DNA of 64,000 nucleotides, taken from Candidatus Giovannonibacteria bacterium RIFCSPHIGHO2_12_FULL_44_22 (lineage in GTDB: Bacteria > Patescibacteriota > Minisyncoccia > UBA11713 > 2-01-FULL-45-33). The stretch spans positions 1,521 through 65,520 of the forward strand of contig MFHU01000003.1 in assembly GCA_001778695.1 (NCBI GenBank). The letters run 5' to 3'. The notes beneath the pieces were generated by a model. That model searched no databases, was not told the origin of the DNA, and worked only from the letters and a program-made list of their open reading frames with translations. Shown here piece by piece: positions 54,979 to 62,437 of this stretch (position 1 is the stretch's first letter; each line of letters opens with the position of its first letter). Position numbers and translations under genes: made by a program.

Positions 54979-55278
54979 GGGGCCTACCCCCACACCAACT
55001 TATGTTTTATGTGTATGTTCTGAAAAGCAAGAAAGATGGCGAGTTTTACATTGGCTCTACCAACGATTTACGTAGAAGGTTTAAAGAACATAATGATGGA
55101 AAGGTTTTTTCAACAAAATCTCACATACCATTTGAAATTATTTATTACGAGGCGTATAAAAAAGAGGAAGATGCTAGACGCAGAGAATCAAATCTGAAGT
55201 TGCGATCGCGAGCCTTTGCACAACTTAAGAAACGAATAGGCGCATCTTCCAAAACATAAGTTGGTGTGGGGGCCTATA
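54979..55278. mobile_element. GIY-YIG mini-element: nuclease gene flanked by about 20-bp inverted repeats, abutting the tRNA-Ala 5' end
   Basis: Left GGGGCCTA-CCCCCACACCAACTTATG; right CATAAGTTGGTGTGGGGG-CCTA. The right repeat merges into the tRNA-Ala acceptor (GGGCCTA). The left end carries a copy of GGGGCCTA, a possible target duplication. Confidence 0.45.
55002..55259 (+). CDS. GIY-YIG nuclease-family protein
   Basis: FYVYVLKSKKDGEFYIGSTNDLRRRFKEHNDG... is the classic GIY-YIG (UPF0213-like) motif. 85 aa. Confidence 0.8.
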   Translation: MFYVYVLKSKKDGEFYIGSTNDLRRRFKEHNDGKVFSTKSHIPFEIIYYEAYKKEEDARRRESNLKLRSRAFAQLKKRIGASSKT

Positions 55279-55340
55279 GTAAAATGGTATTACGCGTCCA
55301 TGGCATGGACGAGGTGCGAGTTCGATTCTCGCTAGGTCCA
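55270..55340 (+). tRNA. tRNA-Ala (anticodon GGC)
   Basis: GGGCCTATAGTAAAATGGTATTACGCGTCCATGGCATGGACGAGGTGCGAGTTCGATTCTCGCTAGGTCCA. G3:U70 identity pair present. Anticodon loop ATGGCAT. Confidence 0.82.
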
Positions 55341-55360
55341 AAACAATAAATTATTATTTT

Positions 55361-55395
55361 ATCAACCTCCACACCAACACATTTTGGTGTGGGGG
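55361..55395. repeat. third copy of the CCACACCAA / TTGGTGTGGGGG hairpin downstream of tRNA-Ala
   Basis: CTCCACACCAACAC-ATTT-TGGTGTGGGGGTC. Same arm sequence as the GIY-YIG element inverted repeats. Confidence 0.45.
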
Positions 55396-55442
55396 TCAAG
55401 ATAGCGGGTAGAGAAAAGTTATGGTATTTTAAATTTATTAAT

Positions 55443-56027
55443 ATGTATTTGGATTTGAAGACAAATTTCGCGGATCTCGCGGACGATGAAATTCTGAAGA
55501 AGTCACAGGACAATCCTTCGCTTTTTTCGGTTTTGATTGATAAATACCAGCTTCCTTTCGTGAGAAAAGCGCAGGGAATAGTCCACTCCAAAGAGGAAGC
55601 CGAAGACATTGTGCAGGAGACTTTCACCAAAATTTATTTAAACGCGGGAAAATTTAAAAAACAGCCGGGCGTGGAATTTAAAAGCTGGGCCTGGCGGATT
55701 TTGGTGAATACTTCACTTACTCATTATAGAAAGCTCAAAAAAAGTTTCGGAGACGTAGGTTATCTGGACGAAATTTTGGCGGACGACGAAAAAACCGAAT
55801 CGCTTTTTTCCATGGAAGATAATCTGGACAGAAACGAGAATATAGGCGAGGTGCGTGAGGCGATTGAGAAAATGCCTTCCGAGGCGGCCGAGCTTTTGCG
55901 GGCGCATTATGTGGAGGACCGGCCTTACGCCGAAATTGCCAGAAAACAGGGGATTTCCATAGGCGCTTTAAAGATGAAACTTTTTCGCGCGCGCAAGGTT
56001 TTAAAGGATATCATGAAGCAGGCTTAA
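55443..56027 (+). CDS. ECF-type (sigma-24 family) RNA polymerase sigma factor
   Basis: Region 2 (EEAEDIVQETFTKIY...WAWRILVNTSLTHYR) and region 4 (PYAEIARKQGISIGALKMKLFRAR). Start at the internal Met. Confidence 0.8.
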   Translation: MYLDLKTNFADLADDEILKKSQDNPSLFSVLIDKYQLPFVRKAQGIVHSKEEAEDIVQETFTKIYLNAGKFKKQPGVEFKSWAWRILVNTSLTHYRKLKKSFGDVGYLDEILADDEKTESLFSMEDNLDRNENIGEVREAIEKMPSEAAELLRAHYVEDRPYAEIARKQGISIGALKMKLFRARKVLKDIMKQA

Positions 56028-56031
56028 ACTG

Positions 56032-56388
56032 ATGGCTAACGATCTAAAAAAGCGAATAATGAGGCGGGTTTACGGGATTTGGTTCGTCAAACGGGTCATT
56101 CCCATGGCTGGCGGTAGCGCTCTTTTTATGGGTATTGCCATGAAAGAGACAGCCGGTAGGTTTTTTGTGGCCAAAATCTTCTCCAATTTTATGGAAGTGG
56201 CCGGAACCAACGCTTGGGCGATTCCAAATTTCATCGCTTCGGCATTAAATAAACTTGAGCCTTCGGCGCTGGTTTTGACGGCTGGAGCCGGATTGGTTGG
56301 TTTTGTCTTGGCGGTAAAGTTATTGCGAAGCATTAGAGTAATGTCGCAAAATCCAGGAATGGTACGCGCCGCGTACGCCAAGAAGTAA
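56032..56388 (+). CDS. small membrane protein, candidate anti-sigma factor
   Basis: 118 aa with two TM helices, immediately downstream of the ECF sigma gene. Positional inference only. Confidence 0.35.
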   Translation: MANDLKKRIMRRVYGIWFVKRVIPMAGGSALFMGIAMKETAGRFFVAKIFSNFMEVAGTNAWAIPNFIASALNKLEPSALVLTAGAGLVGFVLAVKLLRSIRVMSQNPGMVRAAYAKK

Positions 56389-56416
56389 TTTAATTTGAAA
56401 GGTCGTTTTTAATAAA

Positions 56417-56443
56417 TTAAGAAAATCTCCGCAAGAGCGGAGG
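56417..56443 (+). terminator. rho-independent terminator
   Basis: CTCCGC-AAGA-GCGGAG, followed by GTTTTCTTTTT. Confidence 0.7.
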
Positions 56444-56479
56444 TTTTCTTTTTGGTAAAAAGTTGTATAATTTCAAAAT

Positions 56480-56552
56480 CCGCCCATAGCTCAATTGGCA
56501 GAGCAGGTCCCTCTTAAGGACAAGGTTGTAGGTTCAACTCCTACTGGGCGGA
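56480..56552 (+). tRNA. tRNA-Lys (anticodon CTT)
   Basis: CCGCCCATAGCTCAATTGGCAGAGCAGGTCCCTCTTAAGGACAAGGTTGTAGGTTCAACTCCTACTGGGCGGA. Anticodon loop CTCTTAA. C1:G72 and one anticodon-stem mismatch. Confidence 0.7.
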
Positions 56553-56560
56553 AAAATATT

Positions 56561-56648
56561 GGAGGTGTGGCTGAGTGGTTGAAGGCGCCGCTCTCGAAAA
56601 GCGGTGTCGCCGACAAGGCGACCGGAGGTTCGAATCCTCCCACCTCCG
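56561..56648 (+). tRNA. tRNA-Ser (anticodon CGA)
   Basis: Class II tRNA with long variable arm. Anticodon stem CCGCT/AGCGG, loop CTCGAAA. Acceptor GGAGGTG/CACCTCC. Confidence 0.85.
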
Positions 56649-56665
56649 AAAATAAATTAAAATAA

Positions 56666-57202
56666 ATGAAACAAAATTTAAAAAAAGAATTTATGGAATT
56701 TGAAATATTGGCTTGGTCGATAATAGCTGGTTTTTCGAGAGGCATAAATATATATAAAAACAACACAGAGGATTTTAACAAGGCAGAGTTCAAAAAATTT
56801 TTAAAGAAAGAGCTTCGTGATAGATTTGGAAACAATTACCATACTGATTCAAAGACTCATATTAAAAAGCTAAGCAAATTAAAAGAAGATATCGATAGAA
56901 AATTTGGTAAAATATTGGATAACGGAGAGCAAATTTATTTCGGTCGGGTACAAAAAATTGTAAATCTTTATCTTAAATACCGTTGGGTATGTTTTAATGA
57001 ACGCAAACCTGTCCATTGCCCCTTCGATTCCAATATTTTGAATGAGTTGGGTTTGTTTGGTATTAGATTTACTAGAATGACAGAAGATCAGTATAGAGAA
57101 GCTATAAAAAAAGTTGAAGAAAAAGCTAACAGATTTGAGAATATTGCTGAATGGGAAATAAAAGTATTTAATAGTAAAAATCCGTTTTATCAGAACTTAT
57201 AG
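56666..57202 (+). CDS. hypothetical protein (178 aa), very AT-rich
   Basis: ORF directly after the tRNA pair. No domain recognised. Composition is AT-skewed relative to neighbours. Confidence 0.4.
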   Translation: MKQNLKKEFMEFEILAWSIIAGFSRGINIYKNNTEDFNKAEFKKFLKKELRDRFGNNYHTDSKTHIKKLSKLKEDIDRKFGKILDNGEQIYFGRVQKIVNLYLKYRWVCFNERKPVHCPFDSNILNELGLFGIRFTRMTEDQYREAIKKVEEKANRFENIAEWEIKVFNSKNPFYQNL

Positions 57203-57246
57203 TATTTTCTTTTAATCTGTTTTTATGTTAAGCTTTTTATATTCAA

Positions 57247-57723
57247 ATGAACCAGCTGATAAACTTATTCGCTAAATACGGGTTTTATTTTTTTCTGGGG
57301 CTTTTGGCGCTGGAGGCGACCACTTTGATATGGATGTTTGTTTTGCGCAAGAATTTCAGAAAAATTTTCGGCGGCTCTCCGGCAGGCGGAGTGAATCTGG
57401 AAAAAATCCTTTTGGAACTGCGGGAAAACCAGAATATCTCGGCTGTAAATTTTGATGAGCTGAAAAAGAGAATCGAGATTTTAGAAGAAGCTTTGCCAAA
57501 AAATTTAAGAAAAATCGGGCTCGTGAGATACAATCCATTTTCCGACGCCGGCGGCGACCAAAGCTTCGCTTTAGCATTGCTTAATGAAAAAAATGACGGC
57601 TTAATAATTTCATCGCTTTACGGCCGGGAAATGAACCGCGTTTACGCCAAGCCGATTATGAACGGCGTCTCACAATATCAATTAACAGACGAGGAAAAAG
57701 AGGCGATACAAAATGCACAATGA
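57247..57723 (+). CDS. DUF4446-like membrane-anchored protein
   Basis: N-terminal TM helix. VRYNPFSDAGGDQSFALALLNEKNDGLIISSLYGREMNRVYAKP resembles the DUF4446 core. Confidence 0.5.
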   Translation: MNQLINLFAKYGFYFFLGLLALEATTLIWMFVLRKNFRKIFGGSPAGGVNLEKILLELRENQNISAVNFDELKKRIEILEEALPKNLRKIGLVRYNPFSDAGGDQSFALALLNEKNDGLIISSLYGREMNRVYAKPIMNGVSQYQLTDEEKEAIQNAQ

Positions 57724-59261
57724 AAGAAGAAACAAAAAAAATCTCGCGCCCGCCGATCGTGGTAATAATGGGCCATATTGACCATGGCAAGACCACGCTT
57801 TTGGATTACATCAGAAAATCCAGCGTCGCGGCTTCGGAAGCGGGAGGCATCACTCAGCATATTGGCGCTTATGAAGTGAAAATCCCGACGCCAGCTAACG
57901 CTGGGTCGGAACCCCGACCGCAAGCGTCGGGGATCACTTTTCTGGACACGCCGGGGCATGAAGCTTTTTCTAAAATGCGATCCCGCGGCGCGAAAGTTGC
58001 CGACATTGCTATTTTAGTTGTGGCGGCGGACGACGGAGTGAAGCCCCAAACCAAGGAAGCGTTGGAAGCAATAAAAAATGCCGCGATTCCATTTATGGTG
58101 GCGATTAATAAAATAGACAAGCCAGCGGTGGATTTGGAAAAAGTAAAAAACGAACTGGCGGAACAGCAAGTTTTCTTGGAAGGGCGGGGAGGAACGGTTC
58201 CCTGCGCCGAAATTTCGGCAAAACAAGGAATCGGAGTTGACCATCTTTTGGAAATAATTTTACTTTTGGCCGAGATGGAAGATATCACAGCCGATCCGAA
58301 AAGTTTCGCTTCCGGCTTGGTGATAGAATCGCACAGGGACCCCAAAAGAGGCGTCACCTCAACTTTGCTTATCATAAATGGCACGCTGAAAAAAGGGGAA
58401 TACGTGGCGGCCGGGGAAGCCGTGGCCAAGGTCAAGATTTTGGAAAATTTCAAAGGCGAGGCGATGGATTTGGCAGGGCCATCCCAGCCAGCGGTGGTTG
58501 TCGGCTTTGATAAAACTCCACAAGTTGGGGCGGAATTCAAAACTTTTTTTTCGCAAAAAGACGCTTTACTGGCTTCTTCGGTATCGGTAGAAAAAAACGC
58601 GCCCAAAAAACAAAATGAAGCAAAAACCGCGGAGACTCCATCAACAATTCTAGGCGTGGTTATAAAAACCGATGTTTTGGGCTCGGCTGAAGCTATTTTG
58701 CATGAAATTGAAAAACTGAAAAACGAAAAACTTGACCTTAAAATTTTGCGCGCCGGAGCCGGTGATTTGTCCGAAGACGATATTAAAATGGCAGCTTCTT
58801 CCGCCCTGCCCCTAGCTGTCGCTTTTAAAGTTGAGATTTCTGCGGCCACCCGGGAGCTGGCTCGGCGCATGGGAGTGGAGATTGCCGAATTCGAAATTAT
58901 TTATGACGTCGCTGATTTTTTGAAAAAGAAAATTGAAGCAATTTTGCCCAAGGAGGAAAATAAAATTCTTTTGGGGCGCGCCAAGATTTTAAAAATTTTT
59001 CACGCCAAAGCCGCGACTGCGCCGCGGGGGCAGATTATCGGCGGGAAAGTATCAGAGGGAGTTTTGAAAAAGGGAGCTGTTTTTGATGTTTTAAGGCGCA
59101 ATAAAAAAATCGGCGAAGGTAAAATTGAAAATCTGCAGCAGGGGAAAATCAATATCCCTGAGGTTCCGGCGGGCGGGGAATTCGGGGCGCTGGCAAATTC
59201 CAAAATTTCAATAGCCGAAGGAGATGAATTGGAAACCTTTTCCGCCAAAGGCGGAGAATAA
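57720..59261 (+). CDS. infB: translation initiation factor IF-2, minimal form lacking N-terminal domains
   Basis: G domain begins at residue 10 (PPIVVIMGHIDHGKTTLLD). DTPGHEAF, NKID, then beta-barrel and C-terminal domains. Only 513 aa. Carries a GC-rich in-frame insert at 57884..57932. Confidence 0.9.
   Translation: MKEETKKISRPPIVVIMGHIDHGKTTLLDYIRKSSVAASEAGGITQHIGAYEVKIPTPANAGSEPRPQASGITFLDTPGHEAFSKMRSRGAKVADIAILVVAADDGVKPQTKEALEAIKNAAIPFMVAINKIDKPAVDLEKVKNELAEQQVFLEGRGGTVPCAEISAKQGIGVDHLLEIILLLAEMEDITADPKSFASGLVIESHRDPKRGVTSTLLIINGTLKKGEYVAAGEAVAKVKILENFKGEAMDLAGPSQPAVVVGFDKTPQVGAEFKTFFSQKDALLASSVSVEKNAPKKQNEAKTAETPSTILGVVIKTDVLGSAEAILHEIEKLKNEKLDLKILRAGAGDLSEDDIKMAASSALPLAVAFKVEISAATRELARRMGVEIAEFEIIYDVADFLKKKIEAILPKEENKILLGRAKILKIFHAKAATAPRGQIIGGKVSEGVLKKGAVFDVLRRNKKIGEGKIENLQQGKINIPEVPAGGEFGALANSKISIAEGDELETFSAKGGE
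57884..57932. repeat. GC-rich nested palindrome inside the infB G domain
   Basis: CCCGACG-CCAGC-TAA-GCTGG-GTCGG-AACC-CCGACC-GCAAG-CGTCGGGG. Encodes KIPTPANAGSEPRPQASG, an insertion between the switch region and DTPGHEAF. Confidence 0.6.
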
Positions 59262-59262
59262 A

Positions 59263-59598
59263 ATGGCGCACCAACAAGAAAGATTCGCGTCGTTTTTAAG
59301 AAAAGAAATTGCCGGATTTCTCCAGCAAAACACTCCGCATAATGAAGACGCGTTTATATCTGTAACCAGAGTTATTACAAAGGAGCGGTCGGACAAAGCC
59401 GATGTATTAATTTCTATTTTCCCGGATAAAAACGCTGACGCGATTTTTCACAACATAAAACGGATGGAAAAAAGCGCTCGCAAATACATTGCTTCCAGGT
59501 CGCGCCGGCATTTTATACCGCTGATTAAATTTGTTTTATACGGTGGAGACAAATCGGCTAACCTTGAAAATTTGTTGGAAAAAGTCAAGAATGAATAA
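59263..59598 (+). CDS. rbfA: ribosome-binding factor A
   Basis: Position immediately after infB. FISVTRVITKERSDKADVLISIF and RRHFIPLIKFV are consistent with the RbfA KH-like fold. Confidence 0.75.
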   Translation: MAHQQERFASFLRKEIAGFLQQNTPHNEDAFISVTRVITKERSDKADVLISIFPDKNADAIFHNIKRMEKSARKYIASRSRRHFIPLIKFVLYGGDKSANLENLLEKVKNE

Positions 59599-59600
59599 AT

Positions 59601-59672
59601 GGCGCCGTAGCCAAGTGGTAAGGCAAGGGACTGCAAATCCCTTATACGAGGGTTCAATTCCCTCCGGCGCCT
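59601..59672 (+). tRNA. tRNA-Cys (anticodon GCA)
   Basis: GGCGCCGTAGCCAAGTGGTAAGGCAAGGGACTGCAAATCCCTTATACGAGGGTTCAATTCCCTCCGGCGCCT. Anticodon loop CTGCAAA. U73 discriminator. Confidence 0.85.
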
Positions 59673-59683
59673 CAAAATCTTTC

Positions 59684-59765
59684 GCCGGGGTGGTGAAATT
59701 GGCAGACACACTAGCTTTAGGAGCTAGCGCCGAAAGGCATGCGGGTCCAAATCCCGCCCCCGGCA
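59684..59765 (+). tRNA. tRNA-Leu (anticodon TAG)
   Basis: Class II tRNA. Anticodon stem CTAGC/GCTAG, loop TTTAGGA. Long variable arm. Confidence 0.85.
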
Positions 59766-59772
59766 TTAGAAC

Positions 59773-59843
59773 GCGGCCATGGTTTAGTGGCAGAACATAT
59801 CCTTGCCAAGGATAGGATGGGGGTTCGATTCCCCCTGGCCGCA
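59773..59843 (+). tRNA. tRNA-Gly (anticodon GCC)
   Basis: GCGGCCATGGTTTAGTGGCAGAACATATCCTTGCCAAGGATAGGATGGGGGTTCGATTCCCCCTGGCCGCA. Anticodon loop TTGCCAA. Confidence 0.85.
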
Positions 59844-59906
59844 AAAAATTAGAAAAATAAAACTTAAAATCGTGACTATGCCAGCTTTCGGTTGTTATTA
59901 TAAAAT

Positions 59907-60185
59907 ATGGCTCAAAAAAGAATAACCGCCCGCATCGCGGGGCGGGTGCAGATGGTAATGTTTCGGGATTTCGCTTCCAGAAAAGCGCGGGGGTTGGGGC
60001 TCACGGGATTTGTAAAAAATGACGCCGACGGAAGCGTAAAAGTTGTGGCGGAGGGCGATGAGGACGTTCTTAAGCAATTTATTGAGTTATTGCGCGAAGG
60101 GCCTCTCTTTGCTAAAGTAGAAAACATTATGGTTGATTGGGAAGAGCCGACTTTTGAATTTACTTCGTTTGAAATTATCTATTAA
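59907..60185 (+). CDS. acyP: acylphosphatase
   Basis: ARIAGRVQMVMFRDFASRKARGLGLTGFVKNDADGSVKVVAEG is the acylphosphatase signature. Confidence 0.85.
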   Translation: MAQKRITARIAGRVQMVMFRDFASRKARGLGLTGFVKNDADGSVKVVAEGDEDVLKQFIELLREGPLFAKVENIMVDWEEPTFEFTSFEIIY

Positions 60186-60205
60186 ATTAAACAATTTTCA
60201 CGGTT

Positions 60206-60874
60206 ATGAATTGCATCGGCATTATTATGGACGGCAACCGGCGATGGGCAAAAGAAAAAAACCTCCCGCAATTTGCTGGCCACGAAGCAGGTTATCAAAA
60301 ATTACTTGAAGTTCTAGGGTGGGCGCGCGAAGCCGGAGCGCGCAATTTGATTGTCTACGCGTTTTCCACGGAAAACTGGAACCGTCCCGATGAAGAAGTT
60401 TCATATCTAATGAAGCTGATTGAGATGGTTATTGAAGAGCGCGTCCAAAAAATCGCGGAAGAAAAGGTGCGGGTTCGGTTCATTGGGGAACTTGATAAAT
60501 TTCCCGAGCGCGTTAGGAAAAGCATGAGAGTGCTTGAAGAAAAAACTGCAATTTTTAAAGAGTACACTTTGGGAATCGCTGTTTCTTACGGAGGAAAAGC
60601 GGAAATCATCTCCGCTGTAAAGCGCCTCCCGCAGAATATTATGCAAAATTTGACCGAAGAAGAATTTTCAAAATATTTATGGACCGGCGATTTTCCGGAT
60701 CCGGAGCTTATCATACGCACCGGCGGGCAAAAACGCCTTTCTAATTTTCTTTTGTGGCGGGCCGCTTATTCCGAACTTTATTTTACCGATACCTATTGGC
60801 CGGCACTTTCTAAAGAAGAATTTTTATCGGCAATAAAATTTTTCGCCGGAACCCAGCGCAATTTCGGGAAATAA
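60206..60874 (+). CDS. uppS: undecaprenyl-diphosphate synthase (isoprenyl transferase)
   Basis: IIMDGNRRWA...LIVYAFSTENW...LRTGG..RLSNFLLWRAAYSELYF motifs. Confidence 0.9.
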   Translation: MNCIGIIMDGNRRWAKEKNLPQFAGHEAGYQKLLEVLGWAREAGARNLIVYAFSTENWNRPDEEVSYLMKLIEMVIEERVQKIAEEKVRVRFIGELDKFPERVRKSMRVLEEKTAIFKEYTLGIAVSYGGKAEIISAVKRLPQNIMQNLTEEEFSKYLWTGDFPDPELIIRTGGQKRLSNFLLWRAAYSELYFTDTYWPALSKEEFLSAIKFFAGTQRNFGK

Positions 60875-60886
60875 AAATTTACCATA

Positions 60887-60967
60887 TGCCGGAGGAGAGA
60901 TTCGAACTCTCACGCCTTTCGGCACTCGATCTTAAGTCGAGCGTGTCTGCCATTTCACCACTCCGGC
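60887..60967 (-). tRNA. tRNA-Leu (anticodon TAA)
   Basis: Reverse complement GCCGGAGTGGTGAAATGGCAGACACGCTCGACTTAAGATCGAGTGCCGAAAGGCGTGAGAGTTCGAATCTCTCCTCCGGCA. Anticodon loop CTTAAGA. Confidence 0.85.
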
Positions 60968-61043
60968 AAAATTAGTGCGGAGAAAAAATTAACTATTCGC
61001 ATCCCGGTTGGCCTAACATGCCTGGCCCGCAACGGTTGAAGGT

Positions 61044-61286
61044 TCAAGTATTAAATAGCGTATTCCTGACTGCCGTAACAATTCCCCACATTGAGAGCAT
61101 CACAAAAAGCCCGACCAATCCGTAGATTATATATTTTTTCCCTTCCGCCAGTTTCTTTTCATCTCCTGAAGCAAGGATATATTGTATCACTCCCCACAAA
61201 AATGCAAGAGTGGCGACAATAAATAAAAGTCCAATCAGCTGATTGAGCACTAGGGTTATATTGCCGAAGAGTTTGGATATAGTCAT
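61044..61286 (-). CDS. VirB2/TrbC-like T4SS-pilin-family small membrane protein (paralog 1)
   Basis: 80 aa. Two hydrophobic helices flanking W-GVIQYILASGDEKKLAEGKK. The pattern recurs in the adjacent paralogs. Confidence 0.5.
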   Translation of the reverse strand: MTISKLFGNITLVLNQLIGLLFIVATLAFLWGVIQYILASGDEKKLAEGKKYIIYGLVGLFVMLSMWGIVTAVRNTLFNT

Positions 61287-61287
61287 A

Positions 61288-61581
61288 TTAGGTGAAAAAA
61301 TTTTGTAATATGGCGATAATGGCTTTTACGGAAACCATAATCAAAAGGCCAAAAAGCCCCCATACAATATGTTTTTTCCCTCTGGCGCGAGTGGCGTAGC
61401 TTATGCTCCCGGATGAAGAAGTCTGGCCTGCCGAGGCTCCGGCGATAAACTCCACCACGCCGTAAAGAAACACCACCCCGCCCAAGACCAGAAGCAAATT
61501 AGTGATAGGGTCTAAAATGGATTGTTGTATAGTGACGATTAGTTCGTCAATGGTTTTAGCAGATGCTATGGCAATCATCAC
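61288..61581 (-). CDS. T4SS-pilin-like small membrane protein (paralog 2)
   Basis: 97 aa. Similar architecture (LLVLGGVVFLYGVVEFIAGASAG...HIVWGLFGLLIMVSV). Confidence 0.45.
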   Translation of the reverse strand: MMIAIASAKTIDELIVTIQQSILDPITNLLLVLGGVVFLYGVVEFIAGASAGQTSSSGSISYATRARGKKHIVWGLFGLLIMVSVKAIIAILQNFFT

Positions 61582-61593
61582 TTTGTTTGGTGA

Positions 61594-61944
61594 TTATGGC
61601 GAAGGCCTTACGTCTCCAGGACCCGGCGGGATTATTCCTCCTCCTACTCCGAATTGGGAAACCAGCGCTCGGACTACTCCCCAGATCGCCACCATAACGA
61701 AAAGGCCGATCAAGCCAAAAACTATAAATCTGCGCCCTTCGGTTAATTTTTCCTCGTCACCGCTCGCGGTAATATATCTGATAACGCCCCAAAGGAAAAC
61801 AATGGTGGCGATAATCATAAGAATCGGAATAACCCTGTTCAAAATGATTTCCGTTTGTTGAAGAATTGAGGTCACATCTGCGGCGTAGGCGAAAAGCGGC
61901 GCCAGCAATGCTGTTGAAAGCGAAATCTTAGCTAATGTTTTCAT
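61594..61944 (-). CDS. T4SS-pilin-like small membrane protein (paralog 3) with signal peptide and Gly/Pro-rich tail
   Basis: 116 aa. Signal peptide, FLWGVIRYITASGDEEKLTEGRRFIVFGLIGLFVMVAIWGVV, closely similar to paralog 1. Confidence 0.55.
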   Translation of the reverse strand: MKTLAKISLSTALLAPLFAYAADVTSILQQTEIILNRVIPILMIIATIVFLWGVIRYITASGDEEKLTEGRRFIVFGLIGLFVMVAIWGVVRALVSQFGVGGGIIPPGPGDVRPSP

Positions 61945-62011
61945 AATACTAATCTACTAATTTATACTAATGCTACTAATAATTTTTTTACTAACTCGAC
62001 CTTTTTATATT

Positions 62012-62437
62012 TTATAATTTTTCGGCGAAATTTACTATAGCCGAGGCGATGGCATAAGCGCCCACTAAAATAGCCGTGCCCACTACTGTCCAGTAAAATG
62101 TGCCTTTGGCTTTTTTAAGCTGATCGTCGTTGCCTCTCGCGGTCACAAAAAGCAAGCCCGACCAGATAAGAAAAACCGTCGCTATGGGGATGCCTATTTT
62201 GGTAAGAAGCTGGGCGAATTTTTCCACAACCTGCCCGAAAGTCCCGGCGTTTATGGGATTAACCAGCATATATTCTTCCGCGTAAGCCGTGCCTATGTTT
62301 AACATAGCATAAATTATAGAAAAAAGGAAGATTTTTGTTTTGTTTATAAACATGGTTTTATTATAACTCATTTTTATAGTTATTATAATTAAATTTAAGG
62401 CCAAACAACATGTACGTGGCTTGTCCCCCCGTCGCAA
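62012..62437 (-). CDS. T4SS-pilin-like membrane protein (paralog 4)
   Basis: 141 aa. Signal peptide, FLIWSGLLFVTARGNDDQLKKAKGTFYWTVVGTAILV. Same motif arrangement. Confidence 0.45.
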   Translation of the reverse strand: MRRGDKPRTCCLALNLIIITIKMSYNKTMFINKTKIFLFSIIYAMLNIGTAYAEEYMLVNPINAGTFGQVVEKFAQLLTKIGIPIATVFLIWSGLLFVTARGNDDQLKKAKGTFYWTVVGTAILVGAYAIASAIVNFAEKL

